64,000 bases of DNA, taken from positions 2,535-66,534 of the forward strand of contig CAYNJC010000024.1 in NCBI GenBank assembly GCA_964397565.1. The letters are read 5' to 3'. Below the pieces are notes generated by a model. It had not been told where the DNA came from. It was given only the letters and a program-made list of their open reading frames with translations, and made no database searches. The stretch is from an uncultured bacterium (GTDB taxonomy: Bacteria > Auribacterota > UBA3054 > JAPLST01). The number at the start of each line of letters is the position of its first letter. The stretch's first letter is position 1. The position numbers and the translations under genes are program-made. Below are positions 19,377 through 28,640 of the stretch, in pieces.

Positions 19377-22337
19377 TTAGCGTTGCGTCTCCGGCAGCTC
19401 CGGCAATTCGCGTTCGAGCTTGTAGGCGCGAATGCGATCACCGGCCTGGACGTCTTTGAAGTCGCGCAGCAAGATGCCGCATTCAAAGCCGGCGCGCATC
19501 TCGCGCACTTCATCCTTGATATGCCGCAAGGAATGGATTTCGCCGTCGAACAGTTGCTGTTCACCGCGGAAAACCCGGACGCGATTGCTGCGCTGGATCG
19601 TGCCGCTGACGACATGGCAGCCCGCCACCATGCCAGCCGAGAGCTCGAAGACTTGGCGCACATCGGCGACGCCGGTCTCGACGTCCTTGAACTTCGGTTC
19701 GAGCAGGCCCAGCAGGGCGCGTTGCAGCTCTTCGCCGACATGGTAGATGACATCGTAGGACTGAATGTCCACGCCTTCGTTCTTGGCCAGCGTGCGCGCA
19801 CTTTCCGGCACATCGACGCGGAAGGCGACGATGATGGCATTGCTGGCCGACGCCAGCATCACGTCGCTTTCGCTGACATCGCCCGCGCCGGTGTGCAACA
19901 CGGTGATGCGCACCTCGCCGCTGGCAATGCGCTCGACGACGCCGCGCAACGCCTCGGTCGTGCCCTGAGTGTCAGCCTTGATAATGATCGGCAGCTCTTT
20001 GACTGCCTGGGTAGCCATCCGGTGATGGAAGCTTTCGAGGGTGAGTTTTTGGGTATCGACATGGCGCTTACGCTGTTCATCAACGCGCCGCTCATCGACC
20101 AGGTCGCGCGCGTGGCGCTCGCTGGTGGCGACGCGGAAGACGGAGCCGGGTGCCGGCAGTTCACTGAAGCCGAGGACTTGGACCGGCATGCTCGGCCCGG
20201 CTTCTTCGACGGCTTCGCTGCGGTAGTTCAGCAACGCGCGGGCACGCGCAAAGCAAGTGTTGCAGACCAGCGCGTCACCGCGCCGGAGCGTGCCTTCCTG
20301 CACCAACAGCGTCACGGTCGTGCCCTTGGTGGCATCCATGACGGACTCGATAATCACACCGCTGGCGGGCACATCCGCGCGCGCCTTCAGCTCCAGCACT
20401 TCGGCTTGCAGGCAGATCATTTCGAGCAGATGATCAAGGCCGTCCTTGGTCACGGCGGAGACACGGCAACAGATTGTTTCTCCACCCCAGTCTTCGGGTG
20501 TCAAGCCGCGGTCGGCCAACTGCGAGAAAATCCGGTCAGGATTGGCAGCCGGCAAATCCATCTTGTTGATAGCGATCATAATCGGCACACCGGCCGCTTT
20601 GGCGTGGTCCAACGCCTCGAGTGATTGGGGCATCAGGCCGTCATCGGCGGCGACGACCAGGACGGCGATGTCGGTCACCCGCGCGCCGCGCGCGCGCATC
20701 GAGGTAAAGGCCTCGTGGCCGGGTGTGTCAATGAAGGTGATCGTGCCAAAGGAGCCGGTGGCTTCATAGGCGCCGATGTGCTGGGTAATGCCGCCGGATT
20801 CACCGCCGGCGACATTCGTCTGGCGGATGGCATCCAGCAACGACGTTTTGCCGTGATCGACGTGGCCCATGAAGGTCACCACGGGCGGCCGCGACGGCGC
20901 ATCGGCATCATCGTACTGTTCCTCGCGCTGTTCGTTGAAAGCGAAATCCTCGAGCGTTTCGCCTGCCTCGGCGAACGAAATCTCCAAGTGTAAATCGAGC
21001 GCCAGCAGCTCGACCGTTTCCTGGTCCAGCGCCTGGTTGATCGTGGCCATGATGTTGTGTTTCATCAAGGTGCTGACGATATCACCGACTTTGACGCCGG
21101 TTTCCGAGGAAAAATCACGCACGGTAATGGGCACGTCCAGTACAATGCCCTTCTGTTGCTGCAACGGTTTCTGCCCGGGCCGCACGCCGTGCTTGCGCTT
21201 ACGAAATTGGCGCATGGATGCGGCGCGCTTGGCGGTGGCAACGGCCCGGTCGGCCAGAATTTGGCGCAAGGGCGCGCTGGACGACAAGCGCGGGCGGTTG
21301 ATCAGATCGTCAATATTATCAACGCCGCCGAAGTGTGGCTTGAGCTTCTTTTTCTGGGCATCATCGGCGGGCGGCTCGACGCGCGGCTCGACGCGCGGCT
21401 CCGGACGCGACTCGACGCGGACGCGCTTGGTCAGGGTCTGGGATTGCGCCATTTCAAGTGCCGACTTGATCTCTTCTTCGCGCGTAGAGAGCTTCTTGAT
21501 GCGGTCGAGCGGCACCATGTCGAGCGATTTTTCCGGTTTGGCCTTGGCGGGCGTGTGCTTGACCGGCTTGCCTGGCTTGGCATGCTTGGCGGGCGCGATC
21601 GGCGCGGCCGGCTTCTTCACGGCCAGCGCGGGCGCGGGCTTGAGTGGCGCGGGCGGCGGCGCCGCTTTGATCATCTGCGCCATGGTTGCTTTGGTCAGCG
21701 TCGGTCGCGTACTTGGGCGTGCGTGGAGCGGGCCTTCCGGCGTGCTGGTGGGCGGCGGCGTGGCGGCGGGCGGCTCGGGGGCCAGCGCAGCCGGCGGCGC
21801 AGCGGCAGCAGCAGCAGCAGTGCGGGTGCCAGGCTTCGGTGGTGTGAGGGTTGGCCGTGCGCCCTTCTTGGTTGCGGTATGCGCTGCGTCACGGTGCGGG
21901 CGTTCTGCTGCGTGGGCGTGGACGGCGTCCTCTTTCTGCTTCTGTGCGTCGTCGCGCTGTGCTTGGGCACGTGCCGCCTCATCGTGGGCACGCTGATGTT
22001 CCGCTTTCTTCTGTTCCTTGCGCTGCTGCTCCTGCGTTTTCTTATCCGTCTTGTCCTCCGCTTCCTTGCGCTTGCGTTCGCTGTCTTGCGTGCGTTTGTC
22101 GGCGGCACGCTGTTCGACCGCTTTTTTCGAGCGTTCCTGGCGGCGGGCGGCTTCCTTTTTGCGCTTGTCCTCTTTTTTTGCGATGATAAGGGCCGGCATG
22201 CTCTTAAGCGCCTGCTGTGCATAGTGCAGCGACACTTCATCCATGTCGCCGCGGCAGATGCAGCCGATTGTCTTCAGATATGTCTTGACGTCACCGCTGC
22301 TAGTGCCGAGCTGTTCAGCCAGTTCCAAAACCCGCAT
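19377..22337 (-). CDS. infB: Translation initiation factor IF-2
   Basis: [38 protein letters not shown]; long charged and Pro/Ala-rich N-terminus. Confidence 0.98.
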   Translation of the reverse strand: MRVLELAEQLGTSSGDVKTYLKTIGCICRGDMDEVSLHYAQQALKSMPALIIAKKEDKRKKEAARRQERSKKAVEQRAADKRTQDSERKRKEAEDKTDKKTQEQQRKEQKKAEHQRAHDEAARAQAQRDDAQKQKEDAVHAHAAERPHRDAAHTATKKGARPTLTPPKPGTRTAAAAAAAPPAALAPEPPAATPPPTSTPEGPLHARPSTRPTLTKATMAQMIKAAPPPAPLKPAPALAVKKPAAPIAPAKHAKPGKPVKHTPAKAKPEKSLDMVPLDRIKKLSTREEEIKSALEMAQSQTLTKRVRVESRPEPRVEPRVEPPADDAQKKKLKPHFGGVDNIDDLINRPRLSSSAPLRQILADRAVATAKRAASMRQFRKRKHGVRPGQKPLQQQKGIVLDVPITVRDFSSETGVKVGDIVSTLMKHNIMATINQALDQETVELLALDLHLEISFAEAGETLEDFAFNEQREEQYDDADAPSRPPVVTFMGHVDHGKTSLLDAIRQTNVAGGESGGITQHIGAYEATGSFGTITFIDTPGHEAFTSMRARGARVTDIAVLVVAADDGLMPQSLEALDHAKAAGVPIMIAINKMDLPAANPDRIFSQLADRGLTPEDWGGETICCRVSAVTKDGLDHLLEMICLQAEVLELKARADVPASGVIIESVMDATKGTTVTLLVQEGTLRRGDALVCNTCFARARALLNYRSEAVEEAGPSMPVQVLGFSELPAPGSVFRVATSERHARDLVDERRVDEQRKRHVDTQKLTLESFHHRMATQAVKELPIIIKADTQGTTEALRGVVERIASGEVRITVLHTGAGDVSESDVMLASASNAIIVAFRVDVPESARTLAKNEGVDIQSYDVIYHVGEELQRALLGLLEPKFKDVETGVADVRQVFELSAGMVAGCHVVSGTIQRSNRVRVFRGEQQLFDGEIHSLRHIKDEVREMRAGFECGILLRDFKDVQAGDRIRAYKLERELPELPETQR

Positions 22338-22359
22338 GCTGCCTCATTCTGTCACAAGG

Positions 22360-23796
22360 TTAAACCGCCGCCGGGGTGGCCGGCAAGGCGCGCGCCGCGT
22401 CGAGCAACGCGGTCGCGTTTGCATCGCCGATGTCCGGCATAGCGCTGATGGTGGCGGCATCGGATGCCAGCAGCTCATCAACGTTAGTGACACCGTGTTC
22501 GATCAACGACTTGGCAATTTCCGCAGTCATGCCGGGCACAATACTGAGCGAACGTGCCGCGGGCGTGTCGCCGGTCTGCAGACTTTCCAAGGAGTGGAAA
22601 ATGGTGGCAACCCGTTCCTTGGCATTGCGCGGGCGCCGTTCCGGGCGGGCGGCCTGCTTGCCGAACAGGGCGACGGCGGTCGGCTTGACATCGACCGGTG
22701 CCAATTCGACGCCGTGCTCGCGGGCGACGCGATCCGCCTCGGATTGCCGCACCACGTCCACCTTCCACTGCGTCAACTTGCTGGTCAGACGAATATTCTG
22801 GCCGGATTTGCCAATTGCCAAGGAAAGCTGGTCATCCGGCACCACCACCAGAATGCGCTCGCTTTCCGGATCGGCAAAACAGCGCGCCAGCTCGACCGGC
22901 GCCAGCGAGTTGGCGACGAATTCCTCGATGTTCTCACTCCAGCGCACAATGTCAATTTTCTCGCCGCCGATCTCTTGCACGATGTTCTTGACGCGCGAGC
23001 CGCGAATGCCGACGCACGCGCCGACACTGTCAATCTTGGGGTCGTGGGAAATGACGGCGATCTTGGTGCGGAAGCCGGGCTCGCGCGCAATCGCCTTGAT
23101 CTCGACAATCCCATCGTAAATCTCAGGAACTTCCGTCTCGAACAGGCGGCGCACCAGGCCGGCATGCGCGCGCGACAAAATCACGCGCGGGACGCGGCCT
23201 TCCTCAGTGTCCTTGACGTCCTTGACCACCGCGCGGACATGATCGCCGGGGCGATAGCGTTCGGTCGGCGATTGCTCGGTCTTAGGCAGATGGGCCTCGG
23301 TCCGGCCGAGATCAATAATCAACGTGCCGCGCTCAATGCGCGAGACCGTGCCATGCACCAGCTCGCCGATGCGGCTGACATACTCGCCCAGGACTTTTTC
23401 GCGCTCAGCTTCGCGCATGCGCTGGATGATGACCTGCTTCGCGGTCTGCGCCGAGATGCGGCCGAAATCCTCGACACTGAGCACAATGCGCACGACCGTG
23501 TTGGGCTGCGCGTCGCGCAGATACTTGCGGACGGCCTTGAGATGCCACCAACTGATGGGCGGCTGGCCTTCTTCCACGACCGGGCCGGCCTCATCGTTGG
23601 GCACGACCAGCACATCGCTGTAAGCGGTAATCGCGCCGGAAACCGGGTCCAACGTGACCTGCACGTCGGGCGGCAGCCCTTCGACTTTGCGCGCCGCCGT
23701 GGCGATCGCCTCTTGGACGGCTTCAATAACCGTCCCGCGATCCAAGCCGCGATCTTTTTCCAAAAACTCAATAATAGACAGCAACTCGCCTTTCAT
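22360..23796 (-). CDS. nusA: Transcription termination factor NusA
   Basis: FGRISAQTAKQ, AREPGFRTKIAV, GACVGIRGSRV, LSLAIGKSGQN and a C-terminal HhH-like extension. Confidence 0.97.
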   Translation of the reverse strand: MKGELLSIIEFLEKDRGLDRGTVIEAVQEAIATAARKVEGLPPDVQVTLDPVSGAITAYSDVLVVPNDEAGPVVEEGQPPISWWHLKAVRKYLRDAQPNTVVRIVLSVEDFGRISAQTAKQVIIQRMREAEREKVLGEYVSRIGELVHGTVSRIERGTLIIDLGRTEAHLPKTEQSPTERYRPGDHVRAVVKDVKDTEEGRVPRVILSRAHAGLVRRLFETEVPEIYDGIVEIKAIAREPGFRTKIAVISHDPKIDSVGACVGIRGSRVKNIVQEIGGEKIDIVRWSENIEEFVANSLAPVELARCFADPESERILVVVPDDQLSLAIGKSGQNIRLTSKLTQWKVDVVRQSEADRVAREHGVELAPVDVKPTAVALFGKQAARPERRPRNAKERVATIFHSLESLQTGDTPAARSLSIVPGMTAEIAKSLIEHGVTNVDELLASDAATISAMPDIGDANATALLDAARALPATPAAV

Positions 23797-23854
23797 GCGT
23801 TGCTCCTGCGTTCAACGATGCGTGCGGACACCTGCACTGCGCAGGCGGCACGAT

Positions 23855-23888
23855 TAACAAAAAAAGCGGGCTGTGAACCCGCCTTTTC
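23855..23888 (-). promoter_or_regulatory. Terminator-like leader hairpin upstream of nusA (rimP-leader-like attenuator)
   Basis: Minus strand reads GCGGGT-TCAC-AGCCCGC followed by a run of T, between the promoter and nusA. Confidence 0.6.
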
Positions 23889-23925
23889 ACCGGCACGGTG
23901 CCGAGCAAAAAAACGATACTAAAGA

Positions 23926-23954
23926 AGTATAGCAAACCCGCCCCGCTTTGTCAA
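23926..23954 (-). promoter_or_regulatory. sigma70 promoter of the nusA-infB operon
   Basis: TTGACA-N17-TATACT with TGn extension. Confidence 0.8.
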
Positions 23955-24010
23955 ACAGCCCCGCAACAGCCCCACAATGTCCCTGAAACGTCGAATGTCG
24001 AACCCTGGCA

Positions 24011-25450
24011 TTACTGCCCCTGCCCGCTGATCACCACCCAGATCGTCTTCAACAAAATGCGGAGGTCCAATGCCGGGCGCCACGTGTCGATATATTTCAA
24101 ATCGCAGGCAACCCAATCTTCATTCGGCAACTGCGTCCGGCCGCTCACTTGCCACAAGCCAGTCATGCCCGGTTTCATGGAGCAGCGCCGCCGTTCCCAC
24201 AATTGAAACTTGTCCACTTCAGCCGGCAAGGCCGGGCGCGGCCCGACCAAGCTCATGTCACCCATCAATACATTCCACAATTGCGGCAGCTCGTCAATGC
24301 TGAAACGCCGCAGCATGCGGCCGAGCGGCGTGATGCGCGGATCGTGACGCAGCTTGAACGCCCAGCCCTGCAGCTCATTGGCCGGTTCCAACGTCGCCCG
24401 CATGGTCTCGGCCTGGGCCACCATCGAGCGAAATTTGACCATGGCAAAAACGCGGCCGTTCTGTCCCACCCGCGCCTGGCGGATCAGCACCGGGCCGCGC
24501 GAGGTCAGCCGGATGCCCAGCGCCACGATCAGCAAGAACGGCAGGCTCGCCAGCAGCAACAGCGCCGCGACACTCCGGTCAAAAAACAATTTCACCGTCA
24601 AGGCCGCGAAATTCTGCGTCGTCGGATGCAGCTCGATCACCGGCGCGCCATCAATGATTTCGGTGGACATCTTGCAGATCAAGGGCTGGTACAGGTCGAC
24701 AATAATGCGGGTCGTCACGCCCAGTTGTTCGCAGACGTACAGCACGGTTGGCGCCATCGCGTACGAGCCGGGCGCCGGCGCCAAGACCACTTCATCCACC
24801 GGCTGCTGCGTCAAGGCCGCGGCGAAGGCGTCGGCCTGGATGCCCTGCAACGGCAGGCGTTGCACCACCAGCACACCCCAGTCGCGGTAGTGCTCGATCA
24901 AGCGGTCGGCCAGTGCGCCCATCTGGTCGTCGGCCACGACCACGACCGCATGTTGATACTCCGGCTGCTGGTGCAGGCGCACCAGCACGCGCCGCATGAT
25001 GCTCTCTTTAAGCCACAGCGCCAGCGTGGTCCAGATGCCCATGCTGACGATCACCACGCGTGCAATGAACTGCTGCTTGAACACGAAAATGACCAGGATC
25101 AGCAAGGCCGTGCTGAGCACTGATGCTTTGACGATCGTGACCCGGCGTGAACGGGTGTGGCGCGGATCATACAAGTCATAATAGCCCCAACGATTCAACG
25201 CCAGTGGCCACAACACGGCGCAGGTCGGAAAGAGCCACGCATACTCGCGCAGCAAATGGCTTTTCTCATACGGCACCATCTCGGGCAGCCACCACGGCAA
25301 CACGTCCACGCCGCCAGCCCACAGCAGCGCCAGCAACGAGCGCGTGTAATAGGCCGCCACCAGGGCCAGCAGCGCCAGCGCCATATCCAGCAGCAGATTC
25401 AGGCGCAAAAACACATATTGGCGCTCGCGGATCATCTCAGATGGTGGCAC
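24011..25450 (-). CDS. Priming polyprenyl-phosphate glycosylphosphotransferase (WcaJ/WbaP-like sugar transferase)
   Basis: N-terminal TM helices plus Bac_transf domain: KFRSM, DPRIT, SIDELPQLWNVLMGDMSLVGPRP and KPGMTGLWQVSGR. Confidence 0.92.
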   Translation of the reverse strand: MPPSEMIRERQYVFLRLNLLLDMALALLALVAAYYTRSLLALLWAGGVDVLPWWLPEMVPYEKSHLLREYAWLFPTCAVLWPLALNRWGYYDLYDPRHTRSRRVTIVKASVLSTALLILVIFVFKQQFIARVVIVSMGIWTTLALWLKESIMRRVLVRLHQQPEYQHAVVVVADDQMGALADRLIEHYRDWGVLVVQRLPLQGIQADAFAAALTQQPVDEVVLAPAPGSYAMAPTVLYVCEQLGVTTRIIVDLYQPLICKMSTEIIDGAPVIELHPTTQNFAALTVKLFFDRSVAALLLLASLPFLLIVALGIRLTSRGPVLIRQARVGQNGRVFAMVKFRSMVAQAETMRATLEPANELQGWAFKLRHDPRITPLGRMLRRFSIDELPQLWNVLMGDMSLVGPRPALPAEVDKFQLWERRRCSMKPGMTGLWQVSGRTQLPNEDWVACDLKYIDTWRPALDLRILLKTIWVVISGQGQ

Positions 25451-26216
25451 TGCTGAGCCGTTGGGTCACGGCCGTCACACTGACACCCTCGTCCCAGACG
25501 CCGTTCTCGAAAATGCTGATTTTACCGGACTCCTCGCTGACGCAAATGACCAGCGCGTCGGTCTCTTCACTCATGCCCAGCGCGGCGCGATGGCGCGTGC
25601 CCATCAATTGCGAGAGCGGATTGTTGGACAAGGGGAAAATGCAGGAGGCGGCCAGAATCCGGCCGCTTTCGACAATCACACCGCCGTCATGCAATGGATT
25701 CTTGGGAAAGAAAATGCTGATCAGCATCGCGGCGCTGATTTCACTGTCGAGGGTCACGCCGGTGTTGGCATAGCCGCGCAGGCCGACGGTGCGCTCAATC
25801 GCCAGCAGCGCGCCAATCTGCTTGTTGGCCAATACCCGCACGGCCTCGCGCACCGGCTCGGCCAGTGATTGCGAACCGAGCACATTGCGCACAAAGGTCT
25901 GCCGCCCAATCTGCATCAGCGCCCGGCGCAGTTCCGGCGCAAACATCACAATCATGGAAAACACCACGAATTGCGCCAGGGTGCGGTACAGCATATTGAT
26001 CGTTTCCAGGGAAAACGCGTTGGCCACCGCAAAAACCAGCGCCAGCAACAAAGCGCCGCGCAGCACCGCCACCGCACGCGTCCCGCGCACAAACATGATC
26101 GCGTAATAAATAAACAGCGCCAGCAACACAATCTCAACTGCGTGTTGCGGCTGGCGCAACAGCTTGTCTGCCAGATACCTGATATGTCCTGCAACGGCGC
26201 TTAGCATGGCGGTCAT
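25437..26216 (-). CDS. cdaA: Diadenylate cyclase CdaA/DacA
   Basis: Three N-terminal TM helices, FAPELRRAL, PLHDGG, GTRHRAALG and VSEESG. Start placed downstream of the extended -10 at 26234-26243. Confidence 0.92.
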   Translation of the reverse strand: MTAMLSAVAGHIRYLADKLLRQPQHAVEIVLLALFIYYAIMFVRGTRAVAVLRGALLLALVFAVANAFSLETINMLYRTLAQFVVFSMIVMFAPELRRALMQIGRQTFVRNVLGSQSLAEPVREAVRVLANKQIGALLAIERTVGLRGYANTGVTLDSEISAAMLISIFFPKNPLHDGGVIVESGRILAASCIFPLSNNPLSQLMGTRHRAALGMSEETDALVICVSEESGKISIFENGVWDEGVSVTAVTQRLSSATI

Positions 26217-26256
26217 CACTCTGGTTATGCTGCATTGTAGCATATTCGGCCCCAAC

Positions 26257-26285
26257 TTGAAAGGCGCGCGACAATATGCTACTCT
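26257..26285 (+). promoter_or_regulatory. Putative promoter of PEP-CTERM paralog 1
   Basis: TTGAAA-N17-TACTCT; conserved in front of paralog 2. Confidence 0.55.
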
Positions 26286-26340
26286 AAAGAGCCGTCATTT
26301 TGATTGCCTATGACAATAATCATTTTTGTTGGAGCTTACC

Positions 26341-28602
26341 ATGCATGTTCGGACAAGCATCGTGCTGCTGGTACTACTGTCCTGCGTCCTGCTGCCGGCC
26401 GCGCCGATCAATGACAATTTTGTCAATGCGCTGGTTTTCGCCGGCGTGGCAGGCACCAACACTGGCACAGACACCCTCGGCGCCACCAAGGAAGTCGGTG
26501 AAGACAGTTGCGTCAACGTCGCCTACACCAACACGGTCTGGTGGACGTGGACCGCGCCGACCAATGGCGTTTTGATTATCAACACACTTGGCTCACGCAG
26601 CATGGGCGGCACGGAATGGGACGCCTGTGTCGCGATCTACACCGGCAGCTCGGTCAACACCACGACCAAGTTCGGTGAGCAGGACACCGGTTTGGATGAA
26701 TTGTTCACCTTCAGCGGTGCGAAGGCCGGCGCGCAATATTTTCTTCAGTTTGCCGGTTACAATTGTGCGGCGGCCTCTAACATTTATTTCACCTATGCGT
26801 TTGTCCCGGTCAATGAGCCGGTCACCGCCGGTTGGTTCTCGATCCCGGTCGCCAGCGGCATCGCCGCTCTGGATTCGTTGCGTAGTTGGCTGGTGCCCGA
26901 CCCGGACAACCAGCTGCTGTGCGCCTCGCGCTGGGATAACGGCGACTATGCCGCCCACACAATCACGTTTAGTACCGCCACCAATCCGGCCTCGACCGGC
27001 GCGTCGTGGAGCAGCATTCCTGCCCCGCCCGGCACGCTCCAAGACGGGGATGGCAACGGCACCGCCGGGATCGTCGCCAATGGCACTCTGTATGCCTGCG
27101 CCGCCTTTGGCGCCACCAGTGACGACCGCAAATATGTGCGGCTTACGACGACCGGCATCACCTGGCAGGTCAGCACCAAAGTCGGCGGTGAAATTCCCAG
27201 CGGCGCCAACCCCGGTTGGGCCGGCGCCTATGCCATCATTGCCGATCCGACCAGCACGGGTACGTTCATCTACGGTCAGTGGTGTGGCACGCGCTATTAC
27301 CAGTCGTATCTGGTCAGCAATGAAGCCAATTTTGCGTACTACGCCCTGGCGCGCGGTGAAAACACGCCCTCATTCTGGGGCGTTGATGCGGTCCTCGGCG
27401 CGGACAAGACCATCTACTATTACAGCCAAGGCGTGGATGGTGGCTCGAACATGCTGCGGCGCGCGCCGCTGGGCGGCACAGTCACCGCGCAAATCTCAAC
27501 GCCATGGGTCAATGCGCGCGGCGAAATCAACAACAATCAAAACGCCAAGACCGGCGCCGCCATCGAATTTGTCCCGGCCGGCCGCGCGCCGTCGTTCATG
27601 GATGAACTGTGGGTCATGCCCTGCCGCGTCGTGCAAAGCGGCATGCCCTTGCCGTACAACAAGCTGGATCGCTATCGCGCCGCCGACGGTAGTTACCTCG
27701 GTTCCGTAGATTTGCCGTTCAGCGTCGCCAATGATGGGCGCGGCTATGATCTGGCCTGCCTCAATGGCTACATCTTCGTGATGGAAGGCGCGACCGGCAT
27801 GAAACTGTGGGCCTACAAACTCGGCGATGCCGTCCCGATCAGCGAAGCCCGCCAGCAGCCCATGAGCGCCATGGTGACGATCGGCCCCATGACTATCTCG
27901 ACCACCAACGACATCACCCGCAGCGGTTACGCCATCGCCGCGCAAGATGCGACAGCCGGTATCACGATCTATGGTGTCGAAGCCGAAACGATCTATGTCA
28001 CCAACCTGCTGAACCAAGGAGTCAAGCCGGGTGACCGGGTTGTCTTGCATGGCTCGAATGTCTGGTATCATGGCTTGTATGAAATCATGCAGCCCATTTT
28101 GGTGACCAATCTCGGTCCGGTCGGCGTCCCGGCCGCGGTGCCGATTAGCATGCATGAGATGCAGAACGGTTCGCTGCCGGGCGAGGCCCTGGAAAGCATG
28201 CGGGTGGTCCTCAGCAACGTGTTCATCGCGACCAACATTGTCACGTTCACGGGCGGCAACGTTGAGTATCCGTTGACGAATGCTGCCGGCCAGTCCGCCA
28301 TCCTGCGCATTATGGACTTGGCGGATCCATTGGTGGGCACACCGATTCCCAGCCTGCCGTGCGTGATTAGCGGGATCATGTCGCAGTACAGCACCAACAC
28401 GCCTGGGATCAACGACACCGATGGGCGCCGGCTTCTGCCACTGGTGCTGCTGCCAATACCCGAACCGACGCTGCTGCCCGGCGTGCTGCTGGTCGCCGCC
28501 CTGCTGCCGCGCCTGCGCGGACTGCGGCGGCCACAAACGAATCACCGAGGCGCGCTTGAAAAGCGCGCGACAATATGGTATCATAGCCAACTGTCATTTT
28601 GA
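26341..28602 (+). CDS. PEP-CTERM surface protein, paralog 1 (PxNDNF N-domain, beta-propeller-like middle, OB-fold-like C-domain)
   Basis: Signal peptide after GGAG; IPEP + hydrophobic helix + RLRGLRR; highly similar to 28641-30818. Confidence 0.85.
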   Translation: MHVRTSIVLLVLLSCVLLPAAPINDNFVNALVFAGVAGTNTGTDTLGATKEVGEDSCVNVAYTNTVWWTWTAPTNGVLIINTLGSRSMGGTEWDACVAIYTGSSVNTTTKFGEQDTGLDELFTFSGAKAGAQYFLQFAGYNCAAASNIYFTYAFVPVNEPVTAGWFSIPVASGIAALDSLRSWLVPDPDNQLLCASRWDNGDYAAHTITFSTATNPASTGASWSSIPAPPGTLQDGDGNGTAGIVANGTLYACAAFGATSDDRKYVRLTTTGITWQVSTKVGGEIPSGANPGWAGAYAIIADPTSTGTFIYGQWCGTRYYQSYLVSNEANFAYYALARGENTPSFWGVDAVLGADKTIYYYSQGVDGGSNMLRRAPLGGTVTAQISTPWVNARGEINNNQNAKTGAAIEFVPAGRAPSFMDELWVMPCRVVQSGMPLPYNKLDRYRAADGSYLGSVDLPFSVANDGRGYDLACLNGYIFVMEGATGMKLWAYKLGDAVPISEARQQPMSAMVTIGPMTISTTNDITRSGYAIAAQDATAGITIYGVEAETIYVTNLLNQGVKPGDRVVLHGSNVWYHGLYEIMQPILVTNLGPVGVPAAVPISMHEMQNGSLPGEALESMRVVLSNVFIATNIVTFTGGNVEYPLTNAAGQSAILRIMDLADPLVGTPIPSLPCVISGIMSQYSTNTPGINDTDGRRLLPLVLLPIPEPTLLPGVLLVAALLPRLRGLRRPQTNHRGALEKRATIWYHSQLSF
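28556..28584 (+). promoter_or_regulatory. Putative promoter of PEP-CTERM paralog 2
   Basis: TTGAAA-N17-TATCAT with TGn extension; homologous to 26257-26285. Confidence 0.6.
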
Positions 28603-28640
28603 CTAACTTTATTGATAACCATTTCGCTTTGGAGTCTGCA

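Noticed and set aside
19383-23922. Long plus-strand ORFs (413, 461, 559 aa) opposite infB/nusA, and similar ones at 31232-32605, 43131-44912 and 57471-58874
   Set aside because: Antisense shadows of well-supported genes, expected from GC-rich codon bias.
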